Shown piece by piece: positions 52,201 to 64,000 of a DNA stretch of 64,000 nt. How positions within the stretch are numbered: the stretch's first letter is position 1; the number at the start of each line of letters is the position of its first letter. The translations under genes and the position numbers were made by a program. Source of the stretch: Antechinus flavipes. Its lineage: Eukaryota. Under the pieces are notes generated by a model that made no database searches, was not told where the DNA came from, and saw nothing but the letters and a program-made list of their open reading frames with translations. The DNA lies in NCBI RefSeq assembly GCF_016432865.1, contig NC_067403.1, positions 245,644,001 to 245,708,000 on the forward strand, given 5' to 3'.

Positions 52201-53410
52201 TCATTATACACTTCTACAACGATATTGTATGAGGACATATTTTGATGGAAGTGTATTTCTTTGACAAAGAGACCTAACTAAGTTTCAATTGATAAATGAC
52301 GGACATAAGCAGCTACACCCAAAGAATGAACACTGCGAAACAAATGTGAACTATCTGCATTTTAGTTTTTCTTCCCGGGTTATTTATACCTTCTGAATCC
52401 AATTCTCCCTATGCAACAAGAGAACTGTTCGGTTCTGCAAACATATATTGTATCTAGGATATACTGCAACATATCCAACATATAAAGCACTGCTTGCCAT
52501 CTAGGGGAGGGGGTGGAGGGAGGGAGGGGGAAAAAAATCGGAAAAGAAACGAGTGCAAGGAATAATGTTGTCTTTATAAAGTAATCATTAAATAAAAATA
52601 AATTAAAAAAAAAAAAAAGAATCAGTCAAATAAAACCCAAAAATGAAAAAAATAGCAGAAAATATAAAATACCTCATTGGAAAAACAATTGACCTGTAAA
52701 ATAAATCTAGAAGACACAATCTGAGAATTAGTGGATTTCCGAAACCATGATGAAAAAAAGAGCCCAGACATCATCTTTCAGGAAATCATCAAGGAAAACT
52801 TCCCAGAAGTCCTAGATCTAGAGGGTAAAATAGTCATTGAAAGAATTCACTATTTACCTCCTGAAAGAGACTCCCAAATGAAAACTCCAAGGAACATTGT
52901 AGCTAAAGTTTAAAATTATCAAATCAAGGAGAAAATATTGCCAGTGGCCAGAAGAAAATAATTCCAATATCAAGGAACCACAATCAAAATTACCCAGACT
53001 CTAGTAGCTTCCACTTTAAAAGACGAAGGGCATGATATTCTAAAAGGCAAAGAATTATATATAATGCGTTGATAAAGGCCAATTCTAAGAGACTTGTGAT
53101 GGATAGAGCCATCTTCATTCAGAACGAGGACTTTGGAAACTGAATTTGGATTTCAACATAGTATTTTCTCTTTTGTTGCTATTGTTTGTTTACTTTTTTC
53201 TCTCATTTTTTCCCTTTCTGATCTGATTTTTTTCTTGTGCAACAAGATAAATGTGGAATTATATTTAGAAGAATTGAACATGTTTAGTCTATATTAGATT
53301 ATTTGCTATCTAGGAGAGGTAGGAAGGGAGGAAGAAAAATATGGAACAAAAGATTTCCCAAGAGTGTATGTTGAAAATTATCTTTGCATGCATTTTTTTA
53401 AAACTATTAT
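49205..53410 (+). mobile_element. Older L1: 5'UTR plus ORF1 joined to 3'UTR (ORF2 absent), interrupted by a younger L1
   Basis: ccaagatggtg 5' end; ORF1 ATG near 49717 with coiled-coil remnants. ORF1 resumes at 52617 (IEKIHYL/ERIHY..P, PRNIVAK), then jumps to 3'UTR near 53060. Confidence 0.8.
50258..52616 (+). mobile_element. Young L1 with a large internal deletion (CpG-rich 5'UTR fused to the 3' part of ORF2, 3'UTR and polyA)
   Basis: CTTCCGGTTAAGATGGCGG start; junction near 50783 to [17 protein letters not shown]; ORF2 C-terminus with CWRGC..H.W.C; 17-bp TSD AAGAATCAGTCAAATAA (50241-50257 / 52617-52633). Confidence 0.92.
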
Positions 53411-54414
53411 AAAACATAATTATAGCAATAAGGCAGCATGGTATGCAATACATTTATCTGAATTATAGGTCAGTAACAATCAGGTACAAATCCTTCCTTC
53501 CACATACTAGGTGTTCAACTCTAGTCATTTTAATACTGACTCCAAGTAATATACTAACTGAGTCAATGCCACCAAGCATCATTAAAGCTAGATCACAGAG
53601 GAAATGTTAGTTGATATTGATAATAGTGGTTTCCACACAAAGATTTCCCAACTATGATGTTATCACAGATCCAAATAAAGAGAGCCATATAAGATAGAAG
53701 TAAAGATAACTGCAGTGGAAATTCAAACTGTGCCATAAAGTTTAATGATGGACTTTTTTTTTTCTCCCAATAACTCTACAGTATTAGAGATTAGATATGA
53801 TAGTCTCTTTGTCTAAGCAGTCTTTATAGCTTTGTGAGGAGCAACAATGAATAAAGAGCTGGATCTGATGTCAGAAAATGCTGAAGCCAAATACAATCTC
53901 AAACATTTACCTCTGTGACCCTGCATAAATCAATTTACCTCTCTAAATCTCAAATTTCCCATTTGTAAAATGAAAGGGTTGAGCCCAATGACTTCTAAGT
54001 CCCTTGAATTTTAAATCGTTGTAAATCTCTGTGTTGTCTTGTGAATTGAGAAGCTGAACAAAGAGAGATGAAGAGCAGTACTCTCCCCATTCCTCTCTTC
54101 TCCAAAAAGCTTCCAGTTTAATGTATCATTTGGTGTAGAGGGTCAGTGGAGCTCAAGTTTAAAGAGTCATGTACTAAATTAATCTCTGGGGTATGACTTA
54201 GATGAATAGAAAAATACCTCTTTAAAAATTGACTGAAACTAGTTGTAATCTTTTAATTGGGGAAAGAACTACAGATTTAGAATCAAAACATATGAATTCA
54301 AATTCTTGTTCTAACAGATATTTACCCTTCATCTATTAGTTTTATGACATACATAATTAGGAGATTAAACTAGAAGATTGGTGATTTGTCTTCTAACACT
54401 AGATGTGATAATCT

Positions 54415-55605
54415 AGTATCAAGTTGTACCATTTCACAACTCCATCAACAATGCAACAGTGTCACAGTTTTCCTATATCCCCTCCAACATATATCATTAT
54501 TTTTTTCCTGTCATCTTAACCAAATTGAGAGGTGTGAGTTGCTTTAATTTGTATTTCTTTAATCAAGAGTGACTTAGAGCATTTTTTTCAAATAACTATA
54601 GATGGCTTTAATTTTGTCACCTGAAAATTATATGTTCATATCCTTTGACCATTTATCAAATGGGGAATGAATGATATTCTCAAATTTGACACAGTTCTTT
54701 ATATATTTTACAAATGAGATCTTTATCAGAAACACTGGCTTTAATTTTTTTCCAGCTTCCCTTTTAAACATTTCTTTTGGCTTTGTTTGTGAAAACCTTT
54801 TTAATTTAATATAATCAAAATTGTCAGTTTTACCTTTTATAATGTTCTCTAGTTCTTCTTTGTTAATGAATTCTTGACTTCTCCAAAGATCTGATAGCTA
54901 AATTACCCCTTACTCTCCAAAACTGTTTATAGCATTGTCTTTTTTGCCCAAATCATATACCTATTTTGACTTTATTTTGGTATGGGGTATGAGAAGTATG
55001 ACATACTGTTTTCTAGTTTTCCTGGCAAGTTTTATCAAAAAGTGAATTCTTATTCCTGAAATTTGAGTTTGGGGTTTTATCAAATACTAGATTCCTATAG
55101 GTTTTGATTATTGTGGGGTCTTTATCTCATCTATTTCACTGATCCACCACTCTATTACTTTGTCAATACCAAATGGTTTTAATGACTACTGCTTTATAAT
55201 ACAGTTTTAGTTTTGGTACTGCTAAGATGCTATCTTTTGTATTTTTTTCCACTAATACGTTGATATTGTTAGTTTGATTAGTATGGCACTGAACAAATAG
55301 GGTGATTTAGGCAGAATTCTCATTGTTATTGGTAATTAGCCTTAAAACTACAATCTCATGTAAAAAAAAAAAATACGGCAAGCTGCCAGACAAAAGCAAT
55401 TCAAATATCAAAGAGCAACAGTCAAGATCACCAGAATCTGGTATTTCTACCTGCCAAGGCAAACCCAAGAACTATATGAAAATAATTACAAAACATATCT
55501 CACACAAATGCTCAGACTTAATAGGAAAAATATCATTTGCTCATGTGTAGACCAAGCTAACAGAATAAAAATGAGAATTCTGCCCAAATCAGCCTACTCA
55601 GTGCA
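54415..55605 (-). mobile_element. Old L1 ORF2 fragment with a 5' inversion
   Basis: The - strand segment 54415-55330 and the + strand segment about 55335-55605 both contain the KM.ILPK..YLFSA region. Confidence 0.7.
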
Positions 55606-57868
55606 TGAACTCAAGAATTTCAGCCTTTTACAGATACTGGGCCCTAAGACCTAGGTGTACATAATAAACAATGAGGCTTCTCAAGAGTAAAGTGTTACCC
55701 AATTATGAATTGATGCAAAATAGTCAACCCCTATTTTGCAGGTTTCCCCTGATAATGTTGTATATAAACTTCAGGCCTTTTTCACAAGTTGGAAATCCCA
55801 TTTAAAAAAAAAAAAAACCTCATTTCCTATTTGTAATCCAGTATCACTTGTCCCAGTTCTGGCTCCTGACTTTTCCTGACACAAAAATTCATGTCCAAAG
55901 TATTTTGGGATGCAATCTACATCCAGGGCATTATTGACTTGGAACAAAGTTTACGAATAGAAGCCTAAAGAAGGTCTTTTAATGTGTAATTTGCCTACTT
56001 ATCTTTGGTTAAACAAGAGTCTCAGCCATTTCATAAATCTTTCAAGCCTTTGCCTATGGATCCTATGATTTAAGGTTCCATTCAGTTCCAAGGACCCACC
56101 CAATTCTGACATTCTTTTTATAATTCTCTGAGGTAAACTGAAAGTATTTGTCCTTAAATAAAATAGTTCCTACTCAGTGTATACTCTCAGGACACACATA
56201 CTTAACAACATTTTGAACTAGAAAGAACGATTTAAAATCTTTTAAATTGCATTTAAAAACAAAGCAAACAACTATGACTTGAGTGATAATTATTTCCCCC
56301 AGGATGACTCCACAATAGATATCTTAATTGCATTTCCTATATATCTGGGAGGAATACTTCAGGGAGAAGTATTAAACAATTCCTTCCTCATTCTTCATTT
56401 ATAAATACTTTCAAATCCCTTATTTATCACTTATTGATCACTTGCATGAAGCAATTGAAAATATCACTGTTTACCCACAGGTAAGTTTGAAAGTTCTGAC
56501 TTAGAAATCTAATATCAGACTTGTATCTCTTCCTTTCTTTCTCTACATGGAAAATGATTCATTCAAAAATTATTTATTTAGTTCTTTGTCAACTTCATAG
56601 ATTTGGCAGTCTTAATTTGAAAGATATTTTAGAGATTACTAAATTCTACCTTTCCTTGTGCTGCTGAAAAAGTGAAGGCAAAGAATAATAAGCTAAAGAG
56701 AAAAGAGTTCTGATATGGATAAAAGAACATATGTTTTTGCCCTAGTTCTAGAAAAAGAGAAAAACTCGCTATATTTTTTCTTATCACTTGTTCCTCACTA
56801 AAGATTATTCTTTACACTCTTATTTCTTTCTCTTGTGGATGTCTTACAGTGATCTAGCTTGCCAGTTGCCTGTTTTGGGCCTTCTGAATGAAGACTTATG
56901 AATCTGTTTCCTTATATTTTTGCTATGGCTTACTGGACCATTATTTTTTTCACTCCCATCTTTTTTAAACCAAAATTCTGTCCCCATAGCAGATTACTAT
57001 GACTAATACATCCTCTGGATTCCTTGCATCTGAAGGCAGCAGACACTTCTTTACTAAAACACTGGAGGATATATATTGAGATTGAAAAGAGGCATATTTA
57101 GAAAATGAAGGAAATTCTTCTTAACATTTGTTCTCTCCCAAGTGAAGTGGGCTGCTACAGAAACTAATAGCTTTGATCTCCTTGAATGTCTTCACAATGA
57201 AACTAGAAAGTCATTTCTTGGATATGTTGTACTGGACATGACTTGTAGGTATGATTTTCATTAGAAAGACTGTGAAGTTCTTTCAAATCCTAAAATACCA
57301 ACATTTTTCTGGTGATTGTGTATGTGTATGTATGTGTGTGTGTGTTTAACCTGGAGGAATAAAACTTCAGTCATTTTTGGAATCCATAACTTGATATTTC
57401 TATATGTATATGAATATTATATATATGCACATATATGTGTTTTTTGTGTGTGCACATATCTGTGAATGCTTATACATGTAGAAATATAGACAGACATAAG
57501 GAGATTGAATTAGGCAAAATTAGTTTTATGTGTGTTTTTATATCTATATATGAATAACTGAATTATTCTAGCTCTACTCACATGGATTTTGTGTGTAGGA
57601 ATATGCATATATTTGTCTAAGTGTGTGTGTATATGCAGCTATATTAAATTATGTGGACTTTGAAACAATAAAAGCATGTTGTGTACATATGTATCTGTGT
57701 ATGTGGACATACAAATATGTCCAGCCAAACCCATATTTTTAGGAATCCCTTCAACCAAAAAGTTATATTTTACTCTCTGATTGAAGACATACAAAGAAAC
57801 TGAAAAATAAGAACCAAATGCTTCTTGAGGCAAGTCTTCCCTCTTTTTGTTGCTATAACTAATTTTTC

Positions 57869-58265
57869 TGTGGTGATTATTCTGTGTGACCCCATTTGAA
57901 GTTTTCTGTGCAAACCTATTGAAGTAGTCTGAAAAGGTGTACTTGAATCTAAGACAGCAGAGTGCTTAAGGCTAAATACCTACTCAATGTGAGATAATGG
58001 TTCTATAAACATATACTTAGATGATATGGTGATGTGATGGCTCTGGCTGAATGTGTTATGGTGAGGTAATGGGAGGAAAGGATTGGAGGGCTGAAGGAAA
58101 AAATAAGAGTTTCTCTGCCACAGCACTCTCAGCAGGGAAGACTCCAGACTTCAGACTCCAGCGTCTGGGTTCCATCTTTGACAAGCACATGACAGCTTGC
58201 CTGCCTCCTTTACTTCTCCTCCTAAACACTAAGGACTTTGCTAGCCTGTACATTATAGTTTACCA
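57869..58265 (+). mobile_element. Solo LTR
   Basis: TG...CA ends with 4-bp TSD TTTC (57865-57868 / 58266-58269); higher GC than the flanks. Confidence 0.5.
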
Positions 58266-59305
58266 TTTCTTTCTCCATTAAAGAAAAGCAAATTGAAGTT
58301 AATGGTTTGCTCAGTCACATAGCTAGTAAATGTCTGAGGCTTGATTACAACTTCCCACTATATACACTCATGCCTTGAGCTTTGGGGGAAATTAATTCCT
58401 CTCTATTCAAAGCTATATGATCTCCTTTGAAGTAGAAAGAGACAGATTCTTGCTCAGTTTTGCTTTCCTATAAAAAAAAAATAGCCCATAAACCAAGAGA
58501 TTTGCACTCAGTACAAATATCCCATTCAAGGATATTTGAAGGAGAAGGAAGAAGATACTCTATTGTATCCTTGTCCTTGATCTTGCTTTCAGATGAAATA
58601 TGAGGAGAATAAGGCAGGAAGCAGCCAGTTAAAGAATTAATTTTGGAGCTTTCATATAAAATTATTTTAAAATTATCTTCATCAGATAGAGAGAGAGATA
58701 GAGATACATAGATATATAGATAGACATAGACATAGGTGTAGCTAGGTAGCTATAGATATATATCATAGATATAGATATATATGAAGGAGATTATACATAC
58801 ATACATTTGTATGTGTGTGTGATGGTAAAAAGAGCAATTTGCTTAGATACATGCATGTGTTTTTTTAGTTCCTATTATGCCTTTTAATGGACTTTGGTCA
58901 AGTTAATTACCTTCTGTGGATTTTAGCTTCCTCCTTTGTTTAACCAGAGTGATGTATATGTTGGTATCTAAACACTGAGAATGTCTTCTATTTTAAGTTG
59001 TGTGATGAATTGAAACATTGTGCCCACTATGAACTTAAGGACTATTTCATGGTCTCATTTTTTTAAAAAGCCATAAAAATGGATTACTCAAGAATCACCT
59101 CCAATTATAAAGATAGAGTAATTGAATTATGAGCTTTGGCCATGAAGTCTTACAGAGATATGATCAGTTATGAAATGGCCTACATCCAAGAAAAAAAAAT
59201 TATGATCTTAGCATAGAGTGGACAAAAGAAAACTACCTTAATAAATTTCTTCAGTGGAAAAAGAAAAAAAGGAAGACCATGCCCATATCACATATACATA
59301 CATCC

Positions 59306-59307
<2 letters not shown>

Positions 59308-59387
<80 letters not shown>

Positions 59388-59390
59388 TAC
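59308..59390. repeat. (AT)n/(AG)n microsatellite
   Basis: Seen directly. Confidence 0.95.
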
Positions 59391-60501
59391 ATATAGAGAT
59401 ATATACACACTTTAAATGTGTGCATATGTAAATATATATGAATATAGAAATGTGTGTATCATTTTGAATATATCAATCAAATTTCTTCTGATGTTTCTTT
59501 TTACTTCATTTTACCTAGGTAGTGTACTATTTTTTTGTTTTTATATCTCCATCTACATTAAAATATCTATTCATTAATCTAACTATAGTTCATTCATTGA
59601 TTCTTCTATAAAAGGGCTGACCTGTGGTTGTAGAAAATATGAACATTTAATGATTAATTTCTATATAAATGGAAAAAAAAAAAAAACAGATCACTAGGAA
59701 AGCAAGGGCATTCATCCTGTAGTGCATGACAGTGTGTGAATGTCAAAGGCCAATAGAATGTATATGAACCTAAGACTTTTTCCTAGTACTAGTTAGGGAG
59801 GCTATCCCCCCCTTTTTATTGACTTTATGCTCCATCCTCCAAAAGCATGGGATTTGCCATATCCAAAAAGTCAGTATAATAGCCTATATGTTGTGTCCTG
59901 TTTCATATTCTGTTAATCCATATCATTCAGCTCAGTGCTACATTAAGGATAAAATGGGAAAAGAAGACACCTTTTAGTAACTAAATGAATTACACATTCC
60001 TTTTGGGAGATAAAAAAACAAACAAAAGGAACAACAACTTTTAACTGGACTTGGAATTCTAAAAATTGAATACATCTTCTAAAAGTTGGTGTCCTGGAAC
60101 AAAAGATTTTTATGGATTACCTTAACTATTGTCCTAAATGTTTACTTGAAAATAAATGCATATGTTTTGAACTCAGTTTAAATCTCTGTACTCATGAAGG
60201 TGTTTGTTTTTTGTTTTTGTTTTTGTAAATCCCCATTCATTATTTTCTTTCACTTTTCAATGGGTTTATTCCATCTTGGAAAGAAACTGAAAAATATTGT
60301 GATTCAGTAATATTGTTGAAGATAATTGGGATCAAAACATTTATAAATATTACATATAGATATGCAAGTGAAGCTGAGACAATATTTAGGGAAAATATAA
60401 TAAAAATTTAAAAATGAAATAATTATTGGTATCTATCACCTTTCTTTATCTCATTAGGAAACATACAGCAATAGATTTGCATCAAGATCAGATTGAAGAA
60501 A

Positions 60502-61435
60502 ATGCTCAATTTCACTGAGGTGACAGAATTTATTCTTCTTGGACTGACAAATCGCCAGGAATTACAAGTTATTTTCTTTGTTATCTTTCTAATAGTTTAT
60601 ATAATCACCATTGTGGGAAATGTGAGCATGATTATCCTAATCAAGGTCAGTCCCCAGCTCAGTAGCCCCATGTACTTCTTCCTCAGCCACCTGTCCTTTG
60701 TGGATGTATGGTTCTCCACCAATGTCACACCCAAAATGCTAGAAAATTTGATATCAGAGAATAAAACTATTTCCTATGCCAGCTGTTTAGTTCAATGCTT
60801 TTTCTTCATTGCCCTTGTCCATGTAGAAATCTTTATCTTGGCTGTGATGGCCTTTGATCGTTATATGGCAATTGGTAACCCTTTACTATATGGCAGTAAA
60901 ATGTCAAGAACTGTCTGTATTCGATTAATCTCTTTCCCATATATATATGGGTTCCTCACTAGTTTGGCAGCAACACTGTGGACTTATGGTTTGTATTTCT
61001 GTGGAAATATTGAAATCAACCATTTCTATTGTGCAGATCCTCCACTAATAAAAATGGCCTGTGCTGGGACATATGTTAAGGAGTACACAATGATCATTCT
61101 TGCTGGTATTAACTTCACATACTCCTTGTCTGTCATAATTATTTCTTATCTCTTTATTCTCATTGCTATCCTTCGAATGCGTTCTGCAGAAGGAAGGAAA
61201 AAAAGCCTTCTCTACTTGTGGATCCCACTTGACAGCTGTTGTTATATTTTATGGGACTCTCATTTTCATGTATCTCAGGCGCCCCACTGAGGAGTCAGTA
61301 GAGCAGGGAAAAATGGTGGCTGTGTTTTATACCACAGTAATCCCCATGCTGAATCCCATGATCTACAGCCTGAGAAACAAAGATGTGAAAGAGGCCATGA
61401 ACAAAGTCATTAGCAGAACATGTTTAACCAAATAA
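60502..61435 (+). pseudogene. OR5M3: OR5M3-like olfactory receptor, frameshifted as assembled (+1 A at 61198-61204); may be intact in vivo
   Basis: [70 protein letters not shown] and [14 protein letters not shown] match OR5M3 as I recall it. Removing one A restores EGRKKAFSTC with no other lesion. Confidence 0.85.
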
Positions 61436-61684
61436 AATTTTTCCTTATAAATTCTGTGAACATTTGATCTTGAATGGGTGATCTGTAGGTGTGGGAATGA
61501 ATAGCCATGAGTCACTAAATTTTTCTATTATAATTTTGAGGGGTAAGGGACAAAATAATGAATGCAACCAGGTCTGTTCCAAAGAATGCATCTATAATAA
61601 CTATCAACAATCTCTTCTTTAACTGTAACAATTGAAGCCCATTAAGGCTGTAAAGTTAAACATTTTATGTAGATATATCAATTG

Positions 61685-63060
61685 TAAAGCATTGACATTT
61701 TTATGTAGAGTCAACAAGCATATATTAAACACCTGCTCTGTGTCAGGAACTGCATTAAACATTTGTGGGTACATAGAAAGGTAAAAAAGGAAAAAAAAAA
61801 GTCCACACCTCTCAGATTGGCTAAAATGACATGAAAAAATAATGACAATGTTGTAAGGGATGTGGGAAAACTGGGATACCAATACATTGTGCATGGAGTT
61901 AAGAACTGATACAACCATTCTGGAAATCAATTTTGAACTATGCTCAAAAGGCTATCAATGGGGTATACCCTTTGATCCAGCAGGGTTTTTACTAGGTTTA
62001 TATTCTAAAAAGATCATAAGGGAGGGAAAGGGACCCCCATGTGCTAAAATGTTTGTAGAAGCCCTTTTTGTAGTGGTAAGAAAATGGAAACTGAATGGAT
62101 GTCCATCAGTTGGAGAATGTCTAAACAAATTATGATATATGAATGCTATGTAATATGAATTTATAAGTAATGATCAGCAAGATTTCAGAGAAGCCTGGAG
62201 AGATTTATATGAAGTGATGTGAAATGAAATGAACAGAACCAGGAGATCATTATACATGGCAACAATAAGATTATATGATGATCCATTCTGATGGACATGG
62301 CTGTCGTCAACAATGAGTTCCAATGGTCTTGTGATGAACTTTGAAGAAAACCATCAGTACCTAGAGAGAGGACAGTGGGAATTGAATGTGGACCACAATA
62401 TAGTATTTTTACTCTTTTTGTTGTTGTTTCCTTGCATTTTGTTTTATTCTCATTTTGTTTTCCATTTTGATTTGATTTTTCTTGTGCAGAATAATATTTG
62501 TGGAAATATGTTTAGAAGAATCATACATGTTTAATATATTGGATCAATTGCTGACTGAGAGAGAGGGTGGAGGGAAGGGAGGGAAACAATTAGAACACAA
62601 GGTTTTGTAGGGGTGAATATCGAAAATTATCCATGTATACATTTTGAAAATAAAAAAAATCTTTAAGTAAAAAAAATTAAAGTCCCCACTTTTAAGGAGC
62701 CCTCAGTCTAATGGGAAGACAATATATAAATACATATGTACAAATTATATATCCTATGACACATTAGAAATAATCACATAAGAAAAGCTTTAACATTAAA
62801 GACAATCAAAAAAGACTTCCTGTACAATGCAGGATTTTCACAGTCCTTATGGAAAGCCAAAATTTGAAGATGAGGAGGGAGAGCATTTTAAGAAAGAGAT
62901 ACTGAATTTATCCTGTGATGAACAACAAAGACACATGTATTATTGCAAAGTATATACAGATGGGGGAAATGTTTGAGAAGACTGGAAAGGAAGGACCAGT
63001 TTAGGTAATGCAAAATCTAAAAATCAAAGGATTTTGAATCTGATTCTGAAAATAATAGGA
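61685..63060 (-). mobile_element. L2 3' fragment split by an L1 insertion
   Basis: L2 terminus at about 61685-61800 continues after 62685 (ccccacttttaaggagccctcagtctaatgggaagac). Confidence 0.6.
61805..62678 (+). mobile_element. 5'-truncated L1 (ORF2 C-terminus plus 3'UTR)
   Basis: MFVEALFVVVRKWKLNGCPSVGE; A-tail; TSD AAAGTCC (61798-61804 / 62679-62685). Confidence 0.88.
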
Positions 63061-64000
63061 AGTCATGAGGGCTAAAAATAGTTTTTCACTTCCTGAAAAA
63101 AAAAAAGTTTGGTGATACCCCACCCTGACTTCTTCATAGGACTATTGTATAGACAGAATGGGAATCAACAACTACAACTACTTTATAATAGCAAACATAT
63201 ACAATGTGATATTTGCTAATTATAGTCCTGTTCAAGTCGCATAATTTCTTTAAACTTTAGTTTTCTAAATTGTAAAATTAGGGAAGTAAGCTTGATGACT
63301 CCCAAGTGTCCTCTCATATAAATCTATGATGTTTGATTTTAAATCTATATATTTTTTGATCCTTCAGTTTCTTCATCTGTAAAATGGATATAGCATTCCA
63401 TGAATTCTCTATCCTACCAGCTTTGTGGAATTATTACCTTCCAAGGTCCATGCTTCTTCACCTATAAAATAAGTTGTAATTCAGTGATCAAATATAAAAA
63501 TATATGTATATATGTTTTATATATAAATATATAAATTTATAATTGATATATTCTAGATATACTAGTCATTACTTTATATCATCTACATTTCCCTTTCTCT
63601 TTAATAAGAGAAAATTGTGATAGATAAAATTCTAAGGTCCTTTTGAGCACAAACTACATACTTCCATGATTATCTTTATTTTCTTTGTGTTACAATAATC
63701 TTTCAGCCTAGAAAACTAGAGCTGTCTTTGTTTAATTACATATTGATTGTTTTACCAAGGTCAGTGGTAAACTTTTTGAACACTGATTCTTCTTATCATG
63801 ATGGGTATCCACTGGATTTACAGAAATGAACTTTCAAATAGTTTTTAACTTAACAAAGCTTGCATTTAAGTGGGGAATTTATACGCATTACTAATCATTT
63901 ACAATGTGCAAGATACTTTGTTTCAGTGCTGGGTAAAAATCTGACTGAATTATACTATTGCCTTAGGTAATCAAACCAATCCTCCCATCTTTGGTAGAAA

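Noticed and set aside
1-64000. CRISPR arrays, tRNA/rRNA genes, and the OR enhancer core AACTTTTTAATGA
   Set aside because: No regularly spaced repeat-spacer array or structural RNA gene seen (tRNA-like heads belong to SINEs). I did not spot the enhancer 13-mer by eye, so a motif scan is needed to exclude it.

Overview
AT-rich mammalian genomic DNA from an olfactory receptor (OR) cluster. The L1, SINE and LTR sequences suggest an Australian marsupial, probably a dasyurid (inference). The + strand carries four intact single-exon-CDS OR8K-subfamily genes and two 3'-truncated OR8K pseudogenes. It also carries one OR5M3-like gene broken, as assembled, only by a 1-bp insertion in an A homopolymer. 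The OR8K region is built from old tandem duplications of a roughly 9-12 kb unit. Each unit pairs a heavily decayed OR-like pseudogene on the - strand, head to head, with a conserved O/E-site promoter block and a + strand OR8K gene. The rest is transposon-derived: L1 fragments (including a nested, internally deleted young L1 with a 17-bp TSD and a twin-primed L1), a betaretrovirus-like LTR-PBS-gag remnant, LTRs, CORE-SINEs/MIR, L2, a hAT MITE, mariner-type hairpin MITEs and microsatellites. I cannot establish a new biological system from the sequence alone. The best leads are a gene-conversion tract that homogenises a TM3 glutamate in two OR8K paralogs, a perfect 106-bp local templated insertion, the internally deleted L1, and an unassigned decayed coding-like segment at about 46.7-48.5 kb with only weak resemblance to a viral polymerase. 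All family assignments come from motif recognition, not from database searches.
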